This document shows positions 56,870-64,000 of a stretch of 64,000 nt of DNA, one piece after another. The notes beneath the pieces are model-generated. The model ran no database searches, had not been told where the DNA came from, and saw only the letters and a list, made by a program, of their open reading frames with translations. Made by a program: the position numbers and the translations under genes. How positions within the stretch are numbered: the stretch's first letter is position 1; the number at the start of each line of letters is the position of its first letter. Source of the DNA: Vicinamibacterales bacterium (GTDB taxonomy: Bacteria > Acidobacteriota > Vicinamibacteria > Vicinamibacterales > UBA2999); the NCBI GenBank assembly GCA_041394705.1, contig JAWKHS010000025.1, positions 6,157 to 70,156 on the forward strand, in the 5' to 3' direction.

Positions 56870-58156
56870 CTACGGCCGCTGGCCGGCGGGCACGTAGTCC
56901 CGCGCGGCATAGCCCGTGTAGATCTGCCGCGGCCGGGCGATCTTCTGCTCCTCGTCGAGCAGCATCTCCTCCCACTGGGCCGCCCAGCCGACGGTGCGGG
57001 CGATGGCGAAGAGCACCGGGAACATGGCCATCTGGAAGCCCATGGCCTCGTAGATGAGGCCCGAGTAGAAGTCCACGTTCGGGTACAGCTTCCGCTTGAT
57101 GAAGTAGTCGTCTTCGAGGGCGATGCGCTCGAGCTCGAGTGCGATGTCGAGCAGCGGGTTCTTGCCCGTGACGTCGAACACCTCGTAGGCCGTCTGCTTG
57201 ATGATCCGGGCGCGCGGGTCGTAGGACTTGTAGACGCGGTGCCCGAAGCCCATCAGCCGGCCGTGGCCCTCCTTGACGCTCTTGATGAACGCCGGGATGT
57301 TCGAGACCGAGCCGATCTCCTGGAGCATCTTCAGCACGGCCTCGTTCGCGCCGCCGTGCAGCGGCCCGTACAGGGCCGCCGCCGCGCCCGCCATGGCGCT
57401 GTACGGGTCCACGTGCGAGCTGCCGATGCCGCGCATGGCGCTCGTGGAGCAGTTCTGCTCGTGGTCGGCATGCAGGATGAACAGCACGTCGAGGGCGCGC
57501 TCGAGGACCGGGTTCGGCGTGTACTTCACCTCGGTCATCTTGAACAGCATGTTCAGGAAGTTGCCCGTGAAGCTGAGGTCGTTGTCCGGGTAGACGTAGG
57601 GGCGGCCGATGCTGTGGCGGTAGGCGTAGGCCGCGATCGTCGGCACCTTCGCGATGAGGCGCACGATCTGCTTGCGGCGCGATTCGGCATCGAAGATGTT
57701 CCGGCCGTCCGGGTAGAAGGTGGACATCGCGCCGACGGTGCTGACGAACACGCTCATGGGATGGGCGTCGTAGGTGAAGCCCTCCATGAACTTCTTGATG
57801 TTCTCGTGCACCATCGTGTGCATCGTGATCTCGTGGGTCCACGCCGCGAGCTCGGACGCACCGGGCAGTTCGCCGTGCAGGATGAGGTACGCCGTCTCGA
57901 GGTAGGTGCTGTGCTCGGCGAGCTGCTCGATCGGGTAGCCCCGGTACATCAGGATGCCCTTGTCGCCATCGATGAACGTGATCTTGCTCCGGCACGACGC
58001 CGTGTTCATGAAGGCAGGGTCGTAGGTGGTCAGGCCGAAGTCGTCGTCCCCGGACTTGATCTTGCGGAGGTCCATCGCCTTGACGGTGCCGTCGGTGATG
58101 GGCAGCTCGTACTGCTTGCCGGTGCGGTTGTCGGTGATGGTGAGCGTGTCGGCCAT
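56870..58156 (-). CDS. gltA: citrate synthase (type II)
   Basis: 428 aa. GFGHRVYKSYDPRA and other GltA blocks. Confidence 0.96.
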   Translation of the reverse strand: MADTLTITDNRTGKQYELPITDGTVKAMDLRKIKSGDDDFGLTTYDPAFMNTASCRSKITFIDGDKGILMYRGYPIEQLAEHSTYLETAYLILHGELPGASELAAWTHEITMHTMVHENIKKFMEGFTYDAHPMSVFVSTVGAMSTFYPDGRNIFDAESRRKQIVRLIAKVPTIAAYAYRHSIGRPYVYPDNDLSFTGNFLNMLFKMTEVKYTPNPVLERALDVLFILHADHEQNCSTSAMRGIGSSHVDPYSAMAGAAAALYGPLHGGANEAVLKMLQEIGSVSNIPAFIKSVKEGHGRLMGFGHRVYKSYDPRARIIKQTAYEVFDVTGKNPLLDIALELERIALEDDYFIKRKLYPNVDFYSGLIYEAMGFQMAMFPVLFAIARTVGWAAQWEEMLLDEEQKIARPRQIYTGYAARDYVPAGQRP

Positions 58157-58223
58157 GGCGTGCGGGGCTCGGGGCCCTGGGCTCGGAGCCGGGGGCCGTG
58201 GAACTGGCGGCCGGTGGCCGCGG

Positions 58224-58403
58224 TCATTCGTCGTCGTGTTCGTCTGGCGACCCGGCCGGCGGTCCGGCCACCCGATACGTGCCGGCGGCCCACCGGGCCT
58301 GGTCTTCGGTCTGACAGCGGCGGCTGCAGAAGGGCCGCCACCGCGGGTCCACCGGATGGCGCCGGCACACGCAGCACATCTGCGGACCGTCCATCCGACC
58401 CAT
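58224..58403 (-). CDS. yacG: YacG-like zinc-finger protein (DNA gyrase inhibitor family)
   Basis: Not in the ORF track (59 codons). The reverse strand reads MGRMDGPQMCCVCRRHPVDPRWRPFCSRRCQTEDQARWAAGTYRVAGPPAGSPDEHDDE. The CxxC...PFCSxRCxxxDxxxW pattern matches YacG. AAGGGAG (58413-58419) lies 9 nt upstream of the ATG at 58403. In-frame alternative ATGs at 58394 and 58379. Confidence 0.7.
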   Translation of the reverse strand: MGRMDGPQMCCVCRRHPVDPRWRPFCSRRCQTEDQARWAAGTYRVAGPPAGSPDEHDDE

Positions 58404-58512
58404 TCTATGCCACTCCCTTGAATCGGCGCGACGGACTTCGGACTCGAGCGCCGGTCACGAATGCGCCGGACACATGGGACGCATGCCTGGGACTGGACCT
58501 CCGAGGGCCCGG

Positions 58513-59196
58513 TCAGGAGGCGTCGATGGAGGCCGACCCGGAATGGCGGACGTCGCGGGCCGACACCAGGAAGATGACGTCCTCGGCGATGTTCGTGGCG
58601 TGATCGCCGATTCGCTCCAGGTGCCGGGACACCAGGACGAGGTCCAGGGCCGGCTCGATCGTCGCCTGGTCGCGCGTCATGTAGGTGAGCAGCTCGCGGA
58701 AGATCTGGGACTTCAGGGCATCGAGCTCGTCGTCGGCCGCCAGGACGGCCTCGGCCAGCGCGGTGTCGCGGCGCACGAAGGCATCGAGGGCGTCGCGGAG
58801 CATGCGTTGCGCGATCTCGCCCATCCGGGGCAGGTCGATGAGGGGCTTCACCGGTGCGTGGAGCAGGTAGCGCTTGGCGGCCTCGGCGATGTTCACGGCG
58901 AGATCGCCGACCCGCTCGAGGTCGGTGTTGATCTTCACGGCCGCCACGATCGTCCGGAGGTCCGCGGCCATCGGCTGGTGCAGGGCCAGCAGCTTGAAGC
59001 AGCGGTCGTCGATCTCGATGTGCAGCTCGTTGATCGGCTCGTCGCCGGTGAGCACCTGCTCGGCCAGCGCGGCGTCGCGGGAGACCAGGGCGTGCACGGC
59101 CTCGCGGACCCGCTCCTCGGCGAAGCCGCCCATCGCGAGCAGCCGCTCCTGCAGCGTGCCGAGCTCTTCCTGGAAGTGTCGGACGACGCGTTCCAC
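58513..59196 (-). CDS. phoU: phosphate signalling complex protein PhoU
   Basis: 227 aa, two PhoU repeats (DLERVGDLAVNIAE and HLERIGDHATNIAE). Confidence 0.95.
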   Translation of the reverse strand: MERVVRHFQEELGTLQERLLAMGGFAEERVREAVHALVSRDAALAEQVLTGDEPINELHIEIDDRCFKLLALHQPMAADLRTIVAAVKINTDLERVGDLAVNIAEAAKRYLLHAPVKPLIDLPRMGEIAQRMLRDALDAFVRRDTALAEAVLAADDELDALKSQIFRELLTYMTRDQATIEPALDLVLVSRHLERIGDHATNIAEDVIFLVSARDVRHSGSASIDAS

Positions 59197-59212
59197 TCTC
59201 GTGCCTCCCCGG

Positions 59213-60046
59213 TCAGCCGCAGCGGCCCGTGACGTAGTCTTCGGTCAGGGTTTCGGCCGGCGCCGTGAAGATCTTGTCGGTCCGCCCGTACTCGACCAGC
59301 CGGCCGAGCCAGAAGAAGGCCGTGTAATCGGACACCCGCGCCGCCTGCTGCATATTGTGCGTCACGATCACGATGGTGTACGACTTCTTGAGGTCGTAGA
59401 CCAGCTCCTCGACGCGCTGCGTCGCGATGGGGTCGAGCGCCGAGGCGGGCTCGTCCATCAGGAGGATGTCGGGGCGGACCGCCAGGGCGCGGGCGATGCA
59501 GAGCCGCTGCTGCTGACCGCCGGAGAGCGCCAGGGCGGAGTCGCCGAGGCGGTCCTTCACCTCGTCCCAGATGGCGGCCGCGCGGAGGCTCTCTTCGACT
59601 CGGTCCGCCGTCTCGGCCTTGCTCCGGGCCAGCCCGTTGACCTTCAGGCCGTAGGCGACGTTGTCGAAGATCGACTTCGGGAACGGGTTCGACTTCTGGA
59701 AGACCATGCCGACCCGGCGCCGGAGCGCCACCACGTCCACGCCCGGGGCGTAGACGTCCTGGCCGTCGATGGTCACCGCCCCCTCGACGCGGGTGCCGGG
59801 GATGATGTCGTTCATCCGGTTCAGCGTGCGCAGGAAGGTGCTCTTGCCGCAGCCCGAGGGGCCGATGAACGCCGTGACGCGGTTGGCGTGGACGGTCAGC
59901 GAGATCCCGTCGAGGGCCCGCTTGTCGCCGTAGTAGAAGTTGAGCGACTGGACGTCGATCTTCACCGGCGCCTGCTCGGCCGCGGCCGACGGCGTGCGGA
60001 CGAGGCTCGACAGCCGCGGCGGGGCGGGAGGGGTGCCGGCCGTCAT
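59213..60046 (-). CDS. pstB: phosphate ABC transporter ATP-binding protein
   Basis: ATG 60046 overlaps the pstA stop (ATGA). 277 aa. [24 protein letters not shown]. Confidence 0.96.
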   Translation of the reverse strand: MTAGTPPAPPRLSSLVRTPSAAAEQAPVKIDVQSLNFYYGDKRALDGISLTVHANRVTAFIGPSGCGKSTFLRTLNRMNDIIPGTRVEGAVTIDGQDVYAPGVDVVALRRRVGMVFQKSNPFPKSIFDNVAYGLKVNGLARSKAETADRVEESLRAAAIWDEVKDRLGDSALALSGGQQQRLCIARALAVRPDILLMDEPASALDPIATQRVEELVYDLKKSYTIVIVTHNMQQAARVSDYTAFFWLGRLVEYGRTDKIFTAPAETLTEDYVTGRCG

Positions 60047-60915
60047 GCCCGGCTCCGGCGCTGGAATCGGTCTCGGACGACGATGGCGGCGGCGTTCATG
60101 GTGAGCAGGAGGGCCAGGAGCACGAGAATCCCCGCGGCGGCATTTTCCTTGAACGCCGCCTGGGGACGCGAGACCCAGTTGAAGATCTGAATCGGAAGCA
60201 CGGTGAAGGGAGACCAGACGCTGTCCGGCGCGAAGGGGATGTAGGTGAGGGCGCCGATGGTGATGAGGGGCGCCGTCTCGCCGATGGCCCGCGACAGCGC
60301 GAGGATGAGGCCGGTCAGGATGCCGGGCAGCGCCATGGGCAGCACCTGGTACTGGATGGTCTGCCACTTGGTGGCGCCCAGCGCATACGAGCCCTCGCGA
60401 ATCGACGTGGGCACCGTCCGCAGCGCCTCACGCGTCGAGAGGATCACCACCGGCAGCGCGAGCAGGGCCAGCGTCGCGGCCCCGGCCAGGACGCTTCGGC
60501 CCATGCCCATGGCCCTGACGAACAGGCCCAGCCCCAGCAGGCCGTAGATGATCGACGGGACCGCGGCGAGGTTGGCGATGTTGATTTCGATGAGCCGCGC
60601 GATCCGGCTCCGGCCGCCGTACTCCTCGAGATAGGTCGCGGCCGCGACCCCGACGGGCAGCGCCATGAGTCCCGTCAGCGCGATCACGAACAGGCTGCCG
60701 ACGACCGCGTGGTAGATGCCGGCGCTCTCGGCCCTGCGTGACGGGAAGCTCGTGAGGAAGGTCCACGTCAGGCGGTCGGCGCCGTCCTCCCAGAGCCGGG
60801 CGAGCAGGGCGCCGAGGGCCGCGATCGTCACGACGAGCACGACGAGCGCCGCCGCCTGGAACAGGAGGTCGGCGCGCCGACGGGCGGCGGTGGAACCTGG
60901 CGCGGGAGCGGCCAC
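60043..60915 (-). CDS. pstA: phosphate ABC transporter permease PstA
   Basis: GTG 60915 shares 1 nt with the pstC stop. 290 aa. EAA-type loop [14 protein letters not shown]. Confidence 0.92.
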   Translation of the reverse strand: MAAPAPGSTAARRRADLLFQAAALVVLVVTIAALGALLARLWEDGADRLTWTFLTSFPSRRAESAGIYHAVVGSLFVIALTGLMALPVGVAAATYLEEYGGRSRIARLIEINIANLAAVPSIIYGLLGLGLFVRAMGMGRSVLAGAATLALLALPVVILSTREALRTVPTSIREGSYALGATKWQTIQYQVLPMALPGILTGLILALSRAIGETAPLITIGALTYIPFAPDSVWSPFTVLPIQIFNWVSRPQAAFKENAAAGILVLLALLLTMNAAAIVVRDRFQRRSRA

Positions 60916-61796
60916 TAGGTGTACTCCTCGCGGAAGCGCGCGCGCAGCCAGCTGCTGGCCAGGTTCAGGGCGAACGTCATCAGGAAGAGCAGCATGCCGA
61001 CGGCGAAGATCGTCTGGTACTCGAGCGTGCCCTGCGGCGTGTCGCCGAGGCTCACCTGGACGATGTAGGCGGTCATCGTCTCGATGGGCACGAACGGATT
61101 GGCGGTGAAGCGGGGCTGCTGGCCGGCGGCGATCGCCACGATCATGGTCTCGCCGATCGCGCGCGAGGCCGCGAGGATGCACGCCGCGGTGATGCCCGAG
61201 AACGCCGCGGGTACGACCACCTGGACCGCGGCCTGCATGCGCGTGGCCCCCAGCGCGTAGGCGCCCTCCCGCAGCCCGCGCGGGACCGCGCGCAGCGCGT
61301 CCTCGGACAGCGAGCTGACGAGCGGGAGGATCATCAGGCCCATGACGATGCCGGGGCTGAGGGCGTTGAAGCCGCTCAGCCCAGGAATCCAGCCCTGGAG
61401 CAGCGGCGTGACCACCGTCAGGGCGAAGTACCCGTAGACCACGGTCGGGACGCCGGCCAGGAGCTCGAGCGCGGGCTTGACGATCCGCCGTGCGCGATCC
61501 GGGGCGTACTCGCTGAGGTAGATGGCGCAGAGCAGGCCGGCCGGCACGGCCACCGCCAGCGCGATGGCCGAGACCACCACCGTGCCGAGCACGAGCGGCA
61601 GCACTCCGAACCGCTGCGTGGCGAAGAGCGGCGTCCACTCGGTGCCCGTCAGGAACTCCAGCACGGGCACCTGGCGCAGGAACGACGCCGTCTCGGCGGC
61701 GAGGACGGCGATGATGCCCGCCGTCGTGCCCACCGACAGGAGCGCGCACGCGAGCAGCACCAGCTCGATCGCCCGCTCGCCCCGCCGAACGACCAT
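60915..61796 (-). CDS. pstC: phosphate ABC transporter permease PstC
   Basis: ATG 61796. 293 aa. [13 protein letters not shown] loop. Confidence 0.92.
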   Translation of the reverse strand: MVVRRGERAIELVLLACALLSVGTTAGIIAVLAAETASFLRQVPVLEFLTGTEWTPLFATQRFGVLPLVLGTVVVSAIALAVAVPAGLLCAIYLSEYAPDRARRIVKPALELLAGVPTVVYGYFALTVVTPLLQGWIPGLSGFNALSPGIVMGLMILPLVSSLSEDALRAVPRGLREGAYALGATRMQAAVQVVVPAAFSGITAACILAASRAIGETMIVAIAAGQQPRFTANPFVPIETMTAYIVQVSLGDTPQGTLEYQTIFAVGMLLFLMTFALNLASSWLRARFREEYT

Positions 61797-61801
61797 GACC
61801 G

Positions 61802-62839
61802 CTACTTGCTTTCCGCCGAGAGCAGCTGTTCGATCGTCAGGCCGACCTGCGATCCGTGCGACGCGAAGGTCGAGCCGACCGTCCGCGCGGCGAAGCGTGC
61901 CGTGACGAGCTGGTACCCGCGGTCGCCGAGCGGCACGTAGCCGACTTCCTGGGCGAGCGCGCCGCCCTGGGCGATGTAGAAGTCGACGAACTTCTGCACT
62001 TCCGGCCGCGCCAGGGCCTTCGTGGAGATGTAGATGAAGACGGGCCGCGAGAGCGGCTGGTAGGTGCCGCCCTTCACCGTCTCCACGGTCGGGAGAATCG
62101 GGCCGGCGCCGTTGTCGGCCTTCCCGTCGTCCACGGCGACCAGCTTCAGCGTCGACGTGTTCTCGGCGTAGTAGGCGTACGGCATGAAGCCGAAGGCGAG
62201 CTCGTCGTTCGCGATGCCCTGTACGAGGACGTTGTCGTCTTCGCTCGACGTGTAGTCGCCGCGGCTGGCGCCTTCCTTGCCGTTCACGGCCTGGGTGAAG
62301 TAGTCGTAGGTGCCGGAGTCCACGCCCGCGCCGAACAGGTGCACCTCGCGATCGGGCCAGCCGGGGCGAACCTGCGACCACCGCATGACCTTGCCCTGCG
62401 CCTCAGGCGCCCACAGCGTGTGGAGCTCCTCGACCGTCACCGAGTCCACCCAGGTGGCCTTCGGGTTCGCGATCACGGCGAGGCCGTCGTAGGCGATCGG
62501 CAGCTCGATGAACTCGACGCCGTGCTCGCCGCAGGCCGCGATCTCGGTGGCGGTGATGGGCCGAGACGCGTCGCTGATGTCCGTCTCGCCGCGGCAGAAC
62601 TTCTGGAAGCCGCCGCCCGTGCCCGAGATGCCCACCGTCACCCGGACGCCGGGCGTGGACTTCTGGAATTCCTCCGCAACGGCCTCGCTGATGGGGTACA
62701 CCGTGCTCGACCCGTCGAGGGTGACCGTCGCGTCGCCGGCCGCGCCTGTCGCCGCCGGGGACTGCCCGCCGCCGCAGGCTCCGCTGAGAAGTGCGGCCGC
62801 CAGGGTCCAGCTCAGGGCGTGTGCTGTGGACTGTGTCAT
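61802..62839 (-). CDS. pstS: phosphate-binding lipoprotein PstS
   Basis: ATG 62839. 345 aa. Lipobox [14 protein letters not shown] and ISGTGGGF phosphate-binding blocks. Confidence 0.93.
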   Translation of the reverse strand: MTQSTAHALSWTLAAALLSGACGGGQSPAATGAAGDATVTLDGSSTVYPISEAVAEEFQKSTPGVRVTVGISGTGGGFQKFCRGETDISDASRPITATEIAACGEHGVEFIELPIAYDGLAVIANPKATWVDSVTVEELHTLWAPEAQGKVMRWSQVRPGWPDREVHLFGAGVDSGTYDYFTQAVNGKEGASRGDYTSSEDDNVLVQGIANDELAFGFMPYAYYAENTSTLKLVAVDDGKADNGAGPILPTVETVKGGTYQPLSRPVFIYISTKALARPEVQKFVDFYIAQGGALAQEVGYVPLGDRGYQLVTARFAARTVGSTFASHGSQVGLTIEQLLSAESK

Positions 62840-62856
62840 GCCGCCAGCGTAGTCGC

Positions 62857-62900
62857 CGCCGATTTCGCAGCAGTTTCCGGTGTGTAAATTCAGCGTTAAC
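62857..62900 (-). promoter_or_regulatory. Pho-box-like array: four 11-nt phased units upstream of pstS
   Basis: The reverse strand reads gTTAACgctga aTTTACacacc gGAAACtgctg cGAAATcggcg. The first two units resemble TT(A/T)ACA-type PhoP/PhoB half-sites at 11-bp phasing. The first unit contains the ppx stop codon. Confidence 0.35.
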
Positions 62901-64000
62901 GGGCCGTATCGCGCGCCGCGGCCCGGCCCTTGGCCGATGCCAGGCCGCGCCGGGCCGGCGTGGCCGGCACGTCCTGGCCGTCGGCCTCGTCGACCGGGCG
63001 CGCCTGGATCCGAAGGGGGCGGTCGAGCGCGCGGGCCAGCGGTTCGAGTTGCCGGGTCGCCGCCCAGACTTCCAGCTCCGCGTCGCCCCGCACTTCGAGC
63101 TCCACGCCGAGCGTGTCGGCACGGGTGCTGACCGAGAGCCGGCGCACCACGCCGTGCCGGCTGCGGTCGAGCGACTCGGTGAGCCGCAGGATGGCGCCGA
63201 GGACCCGCACCGCCCGGCGCAGGCCGCCCGGCAGGTCCTCGTAGCCCTCGTGCCCGCGCTTCGGCTCGGCGCGCCGGTGGTACCGCGCGGCCAGGGCGAT
63301 GACCTCGATCTCGTAGGGCTCGAAGCCGCGCAGGTCCCCGTTCTTGATGAGGTAATAGGAGTGGCGGTGGTGGCGCTCGTAGCTGATGTGGTTGCCCACG
63401 TCGTGGAGCAGCGCGGCGTACTCCAGCCATTCCCGCTCCCGGTCACCGAGGCCGTGCACGGCCTTCAGGCCGTCGAAGAGGCCCAGCGCGAGGCGGCCGA
63501 CCTGACGGGCATGGTCCTCCTCCCAGCCGCACCGCTCCGCCAGCTCCACGACCGACCGCCGCCGCACATCGGGGATCTCGTCCACCTGGCGGATGTGGCG
63601 GCGGTTGCGCTGGATGAAGTCCAGCACGAGGCCTTCGCGCAGCGCCAGATCGCAGAGCGTGATCTCCGAGGCGCCGAGCGTGCGGAGCAGCGTGTCGAGC
63701 AGCACCGCCCCGGCCACGACGAGGTCGGCGCGGCGCGGGTCGAGCGCCGGAATCTCCAGCCTGCGCTCGAGCGGCAGGTCGCACGCGAGCTTGCGCACCC
63801 GGCGGATGGCCTTGGCCGACACCCGGAGGTTGCGCACCTCGGCCGGCGCCGAGCCGGTCTCCACCGCCGTGGCGACCGACCCGAGCGAGAGGATCGTGCC
63901 GGACGTCCCGATGACGCGATCGAACCCCGCAGCGACGACGTGGGCCAGGTAGCGATCGGCGAGCGCCCCGATGTGGCCGACCAGGCGGCGTTCGTCGCGC
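62896..64000 (-). CDS. ppx: exopolyphosphatase / guanosine pentaphosphate phosphohydrolase (Ppx/GppA), C-terminal part; gene continues past the right edge
   Basis: The frame stays open from 64000. ...IGTSGTILSLGSVATAVETGS marks the end of the actin-like domain. HD-domain block LLHDVGNHISYERHHRHSYYLIKN follows. Confidence 0.9.
   Translation of the reverse strand, partial: RDERRLVGHIGALADRYLAHVVAAGFDRVIGTSGTILSLGSVATAVETGSAPAEVRNLRVSAKAIRRVRKLACDLPLERRLEIPALDPRRADLVVAGAVLLDTLLRTLGASEITLCDLALREGLVLDFIQRNRRHIRQVDEIPDVRRRSVVELAERCGWEEDHARQVGRLALGLFDGLKAVHGLGDREREWLEYAALLHDVGNHISYERHHRHSYYLIKNGDLRGFEPYEIEVIALAARYHRRAEPKRGHEGYEDLPGGLRRAVRVLGAILRLTESLDRSRHGVVRRLSVSTRADTLGVELEVRGDAELEVWAATRQLEPLARALDRPLRIQARPVDEADGQDVPATPARRGLASAKGRAAARDTAR

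Noticed and set aside
58030-58377. 115-aa reverse ORF listed in the track across the gltA start and the phoU-gltA spacer.
   Set aside because: Arg/Pro-rich and overlapping the gltA N-terminus out of frame. A different frame of the same spacer encodes the far more convincing YacG-like zinc finger.

Overview
Very GC-rich bacterial chromosomal segment. Third codon positions are almost always G/C, and every real gene is shadowed by long Arg/Pro/Gly/Ala-rich spurious ORFs in other frames. I call 53 protein-coding genes. Two are cut by the window edges. One, a 59-codon yacG-like gene, falls below the ORF-track length cutoff. By eye I found no rRNA, tRNA, CRISPR array, transposase, integrase or long exact repeat. 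Gene content (a TIGR03436-like VWA protein, a Bat-like MoxR operon, many GT-C membrane enzymes) suggests Acidobacteriota, but that is inference only.

Layout:
- 1-23.5 kb: envelope-glycan locus. It holds two related polyprenyl-phosphate-sugar style cassettes (GT2, Glf-like flavoprotein, ArnT/PMT-like GT-C; the second also has a UPF0104 flippase-like protein), an anchored glycosidase plus a polytopic partner, and C-methyltransferase-rfbF-rfbG. A VWA gene, an OPT transporter and a rex-moaC-dehydrogenase-acyltransferase string interrupt it.
- 24-33 kb: housekeeping genes (lepB, orphan nuoI, fused homocysteine methyltransferase/MTHFR, SAM methyltransferase, TAT-signal M24 peptidase, GT-B glycosyltransferase, lon).
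- 33.6-52.9 kb: a nearly gapless same-strand string. It starts with a lipid-tailoring module (orphan KAS-II-type ketosynthase, GGR-type flavoprotein, two ICMT-type methyltransferases, PIG-V-like GT-C). An eight-gene MoxR/VWA Bat-like envelope operon follows, bracketed by a TPR-gluzincin and a cysteine-less legumain-fold protein.
- 52.9-64 kb: rhomboid, a small zinc-ribbon ORF, an FHA-GAF-PP2C phosphatase start/stop-coupled to an atypical LeuA-family enzyme, gltA, yacG, phoU-pstBACS and ppx (truncated).

The best candidates for an undescribed system are the KS/GGR/ICMT/PIG-V module, the extended Bat-like operon, and the four-gene GT2/UPF0104/flavoprotein/GT-C cassette.

Limits: all functional calls rest on motif recognition by eye and on the supplied ORF track. 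Start codons were chosen from in-frame ATG/GTG, Shine-Dalgarno-like sequences and start/stop overlaps. No similarity search, HMM scan or RNA folding was run.
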